Origin: Alphaproteobacteria bacterium
GTDB lineage: Bacteria > Myxococcota_A > UBA796 > SXON01
Assembly (NCBI GenBank): GCA_040376255.1
Contig: JBEIQZ010000001.1
Coordinates: 1 to 57,170 of the forward strand
DNA length: 57,170 bases
Direction of reading: 5' to 3'
Shown here: positions 21,701 to 28,329 of the stretch, in pieces
Position numbering within the stretch: the stretch's first letter is position 1
Layout of the letters: each line of letters starts with the position of its first letter
Position numbers and translations under genes: made by a program
Notes under the pieces: generated by a model
What the model saw: only the letters and a program-made list of their open reading frames with translations
The model's database searches: none
Told to the model about the DNA's origin: nothing

Positions 21701-22145
21701 TCCCCTCCACCCAGCCCCGGGAGAGCCCCCGGTGCAGCACCGCCAGCACCCGATCCCAGCCGTGCAGCAGGTACAGCCGGTTCTGCCAGAGCCAGCGCGC
21801 CCCCACCGCGTCCGTCAGCGCCCACGGGTGATCGAGCAGCGCCGCCATCGCCGCCGCCGCCTCCTCGCCCTCCGGCGCCGTCCCCGCCTCCAGCCCCGCC
21901 TTGACCGCGAGCAGCCGGGCCAGGTTCTCCCCCTCCGTCCCGTCCAGCACATCGTCCCACGGGAGCTTCTTCATGCTCTGCCGCAGCGTCGCCCAGAGCT
22001 TCGCAGGACTCCCGGTGAAATTCCGGGCGGCGCCGGGGCGGGCGCGGAAGGGGTAGATCTCCTCCTCGGTGTCCGTGCTTCCTGCGATGCTGTCTGGGAT
22101 GTTGTCCGGGATGCTGTCCGGGATGCTGTCGGGGGTGCTGTCCAT
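18714..22145 (-). CDS. Large (1143 aa) helical-repeat protein with a DUF4132-like C-terminal domain
   Basis: The C-terminal block RRFEEALCSQQAWPHRTFRDCIADHPLLSGLARRLLWEI resembles the DUF4132 (MolR-like) core as I remember it. N-terminal PDSIPDSIPDNIPDSI and internal ADAPADAPADAPADPP repeats. Confidence 0.55.
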   Translation of the reverse strand: MDSTPDSIPDSIPDNIPDSIAGSTDTEEEIYPFRARPGAARNFTGSPAKLWATLRQSMKKLPWDDVLDGTEGENLARLLAVKAGLEAGTAPEGEEAAAAMAALLDHPWALTDAVGARWLWQNRLYLLHGWDRVLAVLHRGLSRGWVEGSRRMVLVDDPAERRGGGLWSGDLRLWLPLRGMLCALPEAEWARLRDLVAAWLPESSPIQGAALAFLFPDADFVPGVVTRAAAQGRGGELPKCLLFSAPSADWLDRLLNAPADAPADAPADAPADPPIFSDGLTESSRSLCRTLLWRFGRGAIPLLLRMLPRDDDGGIREVLAGVDDPRVLPALLHNLDVPFCFEHARRACLRDPGAAIAPLQQAGIGRTRAAQAARLLLSGLQLTAGDSAPDSALPRVLREPPWLQKRPARRRQPPITLPPCPTAVRWEQDQREEWLAARAVWLQTRETEIPADTEEPVVEVLEYIGLDAAFAPLAADRADDPALFSALCAALDAEDVCAPDVSMLELLPDRMALEVWNRTACSAWGISLADLRAVMAWLGPAALPGLLALPASHARQRLEVMMPFGAPEVARHMAAAFGRQAHRAQAIRWLRAWPEVAVQALLPPATGADPAARQAAPPLRHLAAAGFRARMEAALSDPAALAALALLLDRDPLSDLPAKRSALQTGWMPPLLPAPVLASGPYAGMSLPPGSLPLVAAMFHFTDLTTPYAGIADAGDACTPASLAAFAAAAFQHWDLEGRPAAGRWALKSLAFWGDGAAIRLLGARLRAWISDGDQQSALAALPVLAAHPSPVGLLHLAGTARARQPGLRREAERLLSDLAARRGLLPGEFADQLVPDLGLDAAGRMLLDFGPRCFEIRLDTFLQPRLYAISGADAGAGAGAPLQTLPRPLKSDDPALAAEAAARWAALRQDLKEISRQQLRRFEEALCSQQAWPHRTFRDCIADHPLLSGLARRLLWEIVPAGEDAPIRFRIAEDGSAADVDDLPMALPPGAAVRLSHPLLMTGAARDAWARVFGDYGIAQPFPQLAREFYALTPSERASPALTRWEGRSVQPGPLFGLLSRGWERGGGGEAPINRIVGNFIVELELEPGLSPAPPADQPPQRVGKVRLYQAASSQPRPFGALSPVFTSECLMELISAFRTAL

Positions 22146-22216
22146 CCGGGAGTCTATCCGGTGGCGGATCAGCAGCGCCGCAGCCCGGAGGGAGCGGCGG
22201 GCGCGCTCCCGGGCGC

Positions 22217-22333
22217 TGTGGATAAGCGGGGCGCTCCCTATGGATAACTTGGGGATAACCTATGGAGAAGAGCCGGGGCGTCGATCAATCTTGAGAGGTG
22301 AACCGGCAGATTTGCGGATTGGACTTATACACA
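22217..22333. promoter_or_regulatory. Second cluster of phased DnaA-box-like sites in the promoter region of the DUF4132-like gene
   Basis: TGTGGATAA (perfect consensus) at 22217-22225. TATGGATAA at 22239-22247, TGGGGATAA at 22250-22258 and TATGGAGAA at 22261-22269, all in the same orientation with 22/11/11-bp spacing. TTATACACA at 22325-22333 in the opposite orientation. Confidence 0.6.
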
Positions 22334-22427
22334 GGGGGGGAGGAAAACTCTGGAAGTTTCGGGATCGTCACGCGATCGCCCTCTTTATTTTTCCGGCCCT
22401 GACAGCACCGCTCTGCATCTTTTCATG

Positions 22428-23834
22428 TCAAGACTTGAACGATCCGGAGTCGGCCATATCTGCACGCCAGCGACGCCACTCTCCGGCCTCGTCGGCGGGG
22501 ACAAAAGCGCGGGCCGGGACTGCGGCGTGGTAGGATCGGAAGGCGGCGGTGAAGGCGGCGGGATCTGACCCGAACCAGCGGGCCGCCTGGGCGTCTCCGT
22601 GGAGCAGCCGCTCGAACCGGAGCCGCGCCACGAGCAGCCCCGCCGCCCGGAACCCGTCCGGGTCGATGCCGGCTGTCAGCGGCGAAGGCGCCGCGAGGGC
22701 GGCGCGCGGATCGGGCAGGCGCAGCGCGGCGGCGAGGAAGCTCTCCCAGCGGTCGAGGTGGTCAGGGGGGCCGGAGGGCAGCGGGGCGCTGGAGATCGCG
22801 CGAGCCGGTCTTGAGGCTGCGCGGCTCAGCATCGCCCGGACGCGCTCCAGCTCTGCCGCCAGCCCCTCCGCCTCGGCTCCGGTCGTCACGCTCCCCTCGA
22901 TGCGCTCCAGCGTGACCCCGCGCAGCCCTGTGCAGCGCGACAGCGCCGCCTCCAGCAGCGCCCACACCGGCTCCGGCACCGGCGCGTCGTGCCCGTCCAT
23001 CCACAGCGTGCGCAGCCTCCAGCCCTCCGGCGCGGGCCGACCCCCGGCGATGTGGATCTCGATCACCCGGTCGAGCGGCGCGCGATCCAGCCACGCCATC
23101 GCGTCGAAGCCGAGGTTCTGCGACATCGCATAGAGGTTGTGCAGATCGAGGAGCAGCCGGTGCGGGCCGACGGCCTCCGCGATCCAGCCCGGCTCGTCGA
23201 GCGGCGCCCCGGCCAGGAACAGGTGCGCGCTGTTCTCCACCCCGACCAGCGGCACCACCGCCGCCATCGCGTCCAGCCGCGTCCGCACCCGCGCCGCCGC
23301 CTCCCGCGTGAACGGCAGCGGCAGCGGCAGCGCGAGGTTCTCATATCGGAGGGAGTGGAATCGATGCTCGATGGCCCGGAGGGGCTGACGCCCCATCCCG
23401 GCCACCGAAGCCCCGATTCCACTCCCTCCGATATGTTGCTCTCTGATGATATCCGCACGCATTTCATGCGCGCCGATATCACCCGCCACCACCGTAAGCG
23501 CGAGGTGATCCGTCCACCAGCCGAACCCGAATTGCCGGTGATCGCGCGCCACCGCCGCCAACCAGCGCGCCCGCCGCGCCTCCCCGCCCGCGCTCCCCGG
23601 CGACACCCCGACGCTGTGCGCCACCGCCGCCAGCCCGCGCGCCTGCTGCAATTCTGCGAACGCCCGCCAGTAGCCGTTCGGCTCCAGGGCTGCGCCGCGC
23701 CACAGGGTCTCCGGCGTCAGCGATACATATTGTACAAGCTCCAACAGCGGCTCACACCACCGCATCCACTCCGGCTCCGGCGCCAGCGCCAGCCCGATCT
23801 GTACCGGCGCGCCGCGCTGCGCCTCAGCCGACAT
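22428..23834 (-). CDS. DUF692 / MNIO-family (MbnB-TglH-BufB-like) TIM-barrel iron enzyme with a ~140-aa C-terminal extension and an internal ~46-aa insertion
   Basis: Family blocks: VAHSVGVS, WWTDHLA, LPLPFTREAA, VGVENSAHL, LLLDLHNLYA, IEIHIAGG. Start taken at ATG 23834, 11 nt inside the end of the upstream gene; the track start is 23870. The extension has no recognised domain. Confidence 0.75.
   Translation of the reverse strand: MSAEAQRGAPVQIGLALAPEPEWMRWCEPLLELVQYVSLTPETLWRGAALEPNGYWRAFAELQQARGLAAVAHSVGVSPGSAGGEARRARWLAAVARDHRQFGFGWWTDHLALTVVAGDIGAHEMRADIIREQHIGGSGIGASVAGMGRQPLRAIEHRFHSLRYENLALPLPLPFTREAAARVRTRLDAMAAVVPLVGVENSAHLFLAGAPLDEPGWIAEAVGPHRLLLDLHNLYAMSQNLGFDAMAWLDRAPLDRVIEIHIAGGRPAPEGWRLRTLWMDGHDAPVPEPVWALLEAALSRCTGLRGVTLERIEGSVTTGAEAEGLAAELERVRAMLSRAASRPARAISSAPLPSGPPDHLDRWESFLAAALRLPDPRAALAAPSPLTAGIDPDGFRAAGLLVARLRFERLLHGDAQAARWFGSDPAAFTAAFRSYHAAVPARAFVPADEAGEWRRWRADMADSGSFKS
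23342..23480. repeat. Palindromic repeat element inserted in frame in the MNIO gene (full-length copy)
   Basis: Perfect 22-bp inverted repeat: catatcggagggagtggaatcg (23342-23363) and cgattccactccctccgatatg (23414-23435). A second hairpin lies at gcacgcatttcatgcgcgc (23454-23472). Related to 16773-16821. Confidence 0.75.
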
Positions 23835-24810
23835 AGTACTCCAGGAAGCGCGCCGCACGCGCCGGGACATGGCCCATCCCGCACCTGATCCCCGGCTGCT
23901 CCGCCTTCAGCGATCCGTCCGGTTGCTCATAGGAGACACCGCAGCCGGAGTCGTGCCCCCACCGCGAATTTACAGGTGCCTTCGCGCGGTACAGCGCCAC
24001 CCCGCGCTCCTGGAGCGGTGCGATGTCGGCTGGAAGCGGCCCGAGCGCGGCGCCCACCGCCCGCTCCACCGCCGCAGACAGCGCGTCGATGTAAAGATTG
24101 ATCAACCGGATCTGCTGCGTCACGCCCGGATCGGGATCGATGGTGATGCTGGACGCCGCCTCCAGGCGGATCGCCAGCCCAGACGCAGGCACCCCGGCGC
24201 AGGTGATCGCAGCCTCCAGCCGGGCGTAAATCTCCTCCAGCGCCCCTGACGCCTCCGCGAGCATTGACGTGTCCCTGTCCGCCAGGAGCGCCCCGATCTC
24301 ATGGAGCGTCCCCGCCGTCTCCGCCCGCGACGCTGCCGTCATGCACCCCGGCGACAGCCCCGCGAGCTCAGCGTTGATCGCCTGCCACTCCGACAGCTTC
24401 GCCTTCGCATCCAGCAACGGATCCACGGGCGGCGGCTCCACCACCGGATCGATGTCCGCCGCGACCGGCGCCCCGCCCGGCGGCACCAGCCAGAGCCACG
24501 GCGCTCCCGTGACGCTGAACACCTCCTCTACCGCCTGCGGATCGGCGCACACCGCCTCGCACTGCCCGAGCCGCGCCATCACCCGCTCATCGGCGTAGTT
24601 CAGGAGCGGCCCCCACCGCTCAGTCCGCTCCCACGACCGATCCGCAGGCGCCACAATGATCAGCAGCGGACGCCCCGCCGCCCGCGCCGACGACTGCGCC
24701 GTCAGGAGCCCCGGCACCGCACCCGCCGCGCCCCACGCCTCCTGCAGCCACAGCGGCATCGTGCCTGCAGTGAGCGCCCCGATCCCCGCCAGCAACCTCC
24801 TCCGGTTCAT
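23824..24810 (-). CDS. Tat-signal protein, paralog A, with a conserved C-terminal Cys motif; candidate MNIO substrate
   Basis: MNRRRLLAGIGALTAG twin-arginine signal. C-terminus: SRWGHDSGCGVSYEQPDGSLKAEQPGIRCGMGHVPARAARFLEYYVG. ATGA overlap with paralog B. Confidence 0.7.
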   Translation of the reverse strand: MNRRRLLAGIGALTAGTMPLWLQEAWGAAGAVPGLLTAQSSARAAGRPLLIIVAPADRSWERTERWGPLLNYADERVMARLGQCEAVCADPQAVEEVFSVTGAPWLWLVPPGGAPVAADIDPVVEPPPVDPLLDAKAKLSEWQAINAELAGLSPGCMTAASRAETAGTLHEIGALLADRDTSMLAEASGALEEIYARLEAAITCAGVPASGLAIRLEAASSITIDPDPGVTQQIRLINLYIDALSAAVERAVGAALGPLPADIAPLQERGVALYRAKAPVNSRWGHDSGCGVSYEQPDGSLKAEQPGIRCGMGHVPARAARFLEYYVG

Positions 24811-25757
24811 CCCGCCTCCCCGCCCGCCAAAAACTCAAGGAACCGTGCCGCCCGCGCCGGGACATGCCCCATCCCGCAGTCGAACCCCGGCGCGTCCGGC
24901 TCCCGCACCGCCTCCCCGTCCGGCCCCTCGTATGCGTCCGGCCCGCACCCCGATCTCTGCCACCAGCGGCTCATCGGCGGCGGCCTCCGGCGGAAGCGCG
25001 CGATCCCGTCCCCGGCGAGCCGCGCCCGCTCCGCCGGATCCTCCGGCAGCGCCCCGGCGACCTCCCGCGCCACCGCCTCCACCAGCTCCTCCAGCGCCGC
25101 GACCTGCGCCGCGCACCACCCGTCCTGCTGCCGCTCCCGGCTGTCCGGGGGCTGGAGCAGCAGCGCCCGCGCCGCCGTGATCGCCCCCGGCTCCCCCGGC
25201 TCTGCGCGCGGGCCGCAGAGCCAGCGGGCGATGTCCGTGAGCGGCCCCGCCGCCTGCCAGAGCCAGCCGGGATCGTCGCTCCACGGCACCTCCTGCGCGC
25301 GACGGATCGCCTGCCCGATCTTGCGGGCCTCCCTCGGCTGGAGCCGGTGATCGCAGGCGGCGGCCAGCGCCCGGATCGCCGCGATCCGCTCCTCCAGCAG
25401 CGACGGGGGGAGCAGAACCGCCGGGGTCCCCGCCACCGCCCACTCCCCGGAGAGCCCCCACAGCCAGCCCGCTCCCTCTGCGCCCTCCAGCCCGGTCACC
25501 TCCCGGATCGCCGCCTCCTGCGCGCAGATCACATCGCACTGGCCGAGCCGCGCCATCGCGGCCTCCCCACCCGCGTTGAGCAGCATCCCCCACGCCCGCC
25601 CGCGCCAGGCAGACCCCCCCGGATCCGCCGCGCAGAGCGCCAGCAGCGGGCGCCCCGCCGCCTCCGCCGCCTGCCGGGCCGCCTCCAGCGCGACCGCCGC
25701 CGGGGACACCGGCGCCCGCGCTGCCCACAGGCAGATCCTCACGGCTGGATCGGCCAT
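24807..25757 (-). CDS. Paralog B of the Cys-motif protein; candidate MNIO substrate
   Basis: Shares the blocks AAGRPLL...MARLGQC(D/E)x(I/V)CA...WLW with A. C-terminus: SRWWQRSGCGPDAYEGPDGEAVREPDAPGFDCGMGHVPARAARFLEF. Start taken at ATG 25757. No clear signal peptide. The longer track ORF (to 26228) has a junk-like N-terminus. Confidence 0.6.
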   Translation of the reverse strand: MADPAVRICLWAARAPVSPAAVALEAARQAAEAAGRPLLALCAADPGGSAWRGRAWGMLLNAGGEAAMARLGQCDVICAQEAAIREVTGLEGAEGAGWLWGLSGEWAVAGTPAVLLPPSLLEERIAAIRALAAACDHRLQPREARKIGQAIRRAQEVPWSDDPGWLWQAAGPLTDIARWLCGPRAEPGEPGAITAARALLLQPPDSRERQQDGWCAAQVAALEELVEAVAREVAGALPEDPAERARLAGDGIARFRRRPPPMSRWWQRSGCGPDAYEGPDGEAVREPDAPGFDCGMGHVPARAARFLEFLAGGEAG

Positions 25758-26125
25758 TCCAGCTCCATCGGCCGCTCCAGCGCGGGCCACGCCTGCGCCC
25801 CGACCGCCTGCCGCAGACAGTCCGCCTCCCCGATCCCTGACCACAGCGCCTGCTCCAGCCCCCGGCCCACCCGCACGCGCAGCGTCCCGGCCGCCCCGCA
25901 GCCCGCCGCCTGCCCGCTGACGCGCGAGAGGATCCCGATCACCTGCCCCGCGTCCCCGGCGGTCTCCGACGGCAGCCCGGGCGGCCCGATCAGCGTGACC
26001 TCCGGCAGCGCCGCCGGAGCAGCCTCCGGGATCGCCACCCCCGGATCGTCGATCTCCCGGATCGCCCAGATCGTCAGCCCGGTCAGCAGCACGATCCGCA
26101 GCACCAACCATCGGTTGTTCAGCAC
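25739..26125 (-). CDS. Small membrane-anchored protein, first gene of the MNIO operon
   Basis: One TM helix (WLVLRIVLLTGLTIWAI) followed by a ~100-aa domain. GTG 26125 is preceded by GGGGAG; ATG 26197 is an alternative start. Overlaps the start of paralog B by 19 nt. Confidence 0.5.
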   Translation of the reverse strand: MLNNRWLVLRIVLLTGLTIWAIREIDDPGVAIPEAAPAALPEVTLIGPPGLPSETAGDAGQVIGILSRVSGQAAGCGAAGTLRVRVGRGLEQALWSGIGEADCLRQAVGAQAWPALERPMELEWPIQP

Positions 26126-26228
26126 ACAGCTCCCCTGTCTCTCTTCTCTGTCTCTCTTTATCACGAGAGCGGGCGGCCAGTTGTAAGGCCCATGCATGTG
26201 CTTCCGTTGCCCGGCGCCTGGAGGACAT

Positions 26229-26780
26229 ATGCTCGACTGGATCTGGATCGGAAGCCCCTGTGAGGCGGACTGGGATGAGATGAAGGGGGACGGGAAGTCC
26301 CGGTACTGCCTTCGATGCGAGAAGATGGTCTACAACCTCTCTGCGATGACCGAGGCTGAGGCGCAGGCGACGGTGTGCGGCTCTGAGAGCAGCCTGCCCT
26401 GCGTGCGCTTCTCGCGCATGTCGGACGGGCGGGTGCGGACGACGGATCGGCGCCCGCTGCCGCGCGTCGTGATGACCGGCGGCCTGCTCGCGGCGGCGGC
26501 GGCGACGGCGGCGCTCACCTCGCAGGAGGACGCCGGGGACTGGCTGTGGTCGCGGTTGAGTCCGGCGCCGAGAGAGGAGCCGGGGGTGCTGGAGGTGCCG
26601 GAGGTGGCGGGCAGCATCCCGGAGGCGGGCGGGGAGCCGGTCTACCAGGAGCGGCGCGTCCAGCTCGACGGAGCGCCCGGGGCGAAGATTGAGCCGATAC
26701 GGGAGCGGGTCGTGGCCGGAGGGATCATGTATCCCGCCCCTATGGGTCGGATGGCGATCCCGGATCGGTCAAAGCGCTGA
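26229..26780 (+). CDS. Cys-rich (zinc-ribbon-like) N-terminal domain plus one TM helix; divergent from the MNIO operon
   Basis: ATG 26229 follows GGAGGA. Motif C-x3-W-x2-M-x8-Y-C-x2-C-x3-V-x-N-L-S, then CGSESSLPCVRF. TM segment VVMTGGLLAAAAATAALT. Confidence 0.55.
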   Translation: MLDWIWIGSPCEADWDEMKGDGKSRYCLRCEKMVYNLSAMTEAEAQATVCGSESSLPCVRFSRMSDGRVRTTDRRPLPRVVMTGGLLAAAAATAALTSQEDAGDWLWSRLSPAPREEPGVLEVPEVAGSIPEAGGEPVYQERRVQLDGAPGAKIEPIRERVVAGGIMYPAPMGRMAIPDRSKR

Positions 26781-28329
26781 TGCCGGTCAGGTCGAGCCAG
26801 CCGACCAGCGCCTCCGGGTCGGCCGGGTTGAGGCACAGCCCGGCGTAGCCGTCCGGCCGCACGACGAGCAGCGCGTCCTCCTCCCCCAGCGCGACCTCCG
26901 GGGCGGCGGACACCGCGAACCCGGCCTCCTTCCCGATCGCCGCGCAGATCCGGAGCCGACGGCGCCCGGCGGCAGAGCAGCGCGGGCCCTGGAGCAGGAT
27001 CATCTCGTGGCCGCCGTGCGGGGGCAGGACGGGGAGGCGCTCGCCGGGGCCGACGTCCGGGAGGCGCCCCGAACCGCGCACCACGGGGCTGTCGGTGTAG
27101 CAGACATCCAGCTCTGCCAGGGTTTTCGTGAGGCGGTCGCGCACCGGCTCCAGGCCGGACACGAAGCCCGCGACCGTGCCGCGCACGGCGGAGAGCAGCG
27201 GGTTCCGGCTAAGGCCGATCCGGGTAGCGGCGCCGGTCGCCCGCAGGACGGCGGCGGCGACGGGGTGGCGCTCGGCGTGGTAGCTGTCGAGGAGCAGCTC
27301 CGGCACGGGCTGGCCGCCAGACTCCGCCCGGCAGGCGAGCGCGAGCTTCCAGCCGAGGTTGATCGCGTCCTGGATGCCGGTGTTCATGCCCTGCGCGCCG
27401 ACCGGGCTGTGGATGTGCGCGGCGTCTCCGGCGAGGAACACCCGCCCGATCCGGTAGCGCGGCACCTGCCGCGCGTGGATGTGGAAGCGCGCCAGCCAGC
27501 CCGGATCGGTCATCGCGCCCGGTCTGCCGCTGCGGAGCGCGGCCAGCGCGGCCAATTCTTCCAGCGGCAGCTCGGCGCCGGTCTGGCCATGTCCGGCAGT
27601 ACCTGTTTGTACAACCTGTGTTTCACTGGCATCATGGCGCTCTGTCGCGATCAGCCGCCAGACGCCGTCCGGCAGCGGGAAGCAGGCGAGGAAGCCATGA
27701 TCGAGGAACACGCTCAGCCGGTCGCGCGGAAGGTCGGTGTCCCAGCGGACATCGCCGAGCACCAGCCGCTCCGCGTACGGGTGGCCGTCGAAGCTAAGGC
27801 CGAGCCCGTGGCGGACGGTGCTGTGGGCGCCGTCGCAGCCGACGAGCCATCGTGCGCGCGCCGGGCCGGTGCTGAGGGTGGCAGAGATCCCGGCGGCGTC
27901 CTGGGTGAACGACTGCAATTCAACGCCGCGCTCCACTTCTCCGCCCAGCGCGGTCAGCCGCTCCAGCAGGATCTCCTCTGTCGCGGACTGCGGGATGGAG
28001 AGCACGAACGGGTAGCGCGTCGGCAGCCCCGACAGCCCGACGTCCACCGCCGCCTTCCCGCCCGACCACATCTGGACGCGCTCCAGCCGCACCCCGGCCT
28101 CCACCAGCCGCGCCGTGACGCCCTGCGGCTCCAGCGATTCCAGCGTCCGCGCATGCACCCCGATGGCGCGCGACAGCGGCGACGGTCGCCGCATCCGGTC
28201 GATCACCCGCGCCCGGACGCCCTGCTGCAGCAGCAGGATCGCCAGCGTCAGCCCTGCCGGTCCGGCCCCGACGATCAACACGTCTGTCCGCACCGCTGTC
28301 TCCGCTGCGTTTCCCTTCTCTGTCACCAC
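26740..28329 (-). CDS. FAD-dependent aromatic-ring monooxygenase (PHBH/PheA-TfdB-like)
   Basis: DVLIVGAGPAGLTLAILL dinucleotide fold and FLAGDAAHIHSPVGAQGMNTGIQDAINLGWKL. GTG start at 28329/28326 overlaps the stop of the upstream gene. The 709-aa track ORF is a read-through artefact. Confidence 0.8.
   Translation of the reverse strand: MVTEKGNAAETAVRTDVLIVGAGPAGLTLAILLLQQGVRARVIDRMRRPSPLSRAIGVHARTLESLEPQGVTARLVEAGVRLERVQMWSGGKAAVDVGLSGLPTRYPFVLSIPQSATEEILLERLTALGGEVERGVELQSFTQDAAGISATLSTGPARARWLVGCDGAHSTVRHGLGLSFDGHPYAERLVLGDVRWDTDLPRDRLSVFLDHGFLACFPLPDGVWRLIATERHDASETQVVQTGTAGHGQTGAELPLEELAALAALRSGRPGAMTDPGWLARFHIHARQVPRYRIGRVFLAGDAAHIHSPVGAQGMNTGIQDAINLGWKLALACRAESGGQPVPELLLDSYHAERHPVAAAVLRATGAATRIGLSRNPLLSAVRGTVAGFVSGLEPVRDRLTKTLAELDVCYTDSPVVRGSGRLPDVGPGERLPVLPPHGGHEMILLQGPRCSAAGRRRLRICAAIGKEAGFAVSAAPEVALGEEDALLVVRPDGYAGLCLNPADPEALVGWLDLTGISALTDPGSPSDP

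Noticed and set aside
24807-26228. 473-aa version of paralog B
   Set aside because: The first ~157 residues are G/A/R/D junk that overlaps the better-looking membrane-anchored gene in another frame. Similarity to paralog A begins only after the ATG at 25757.
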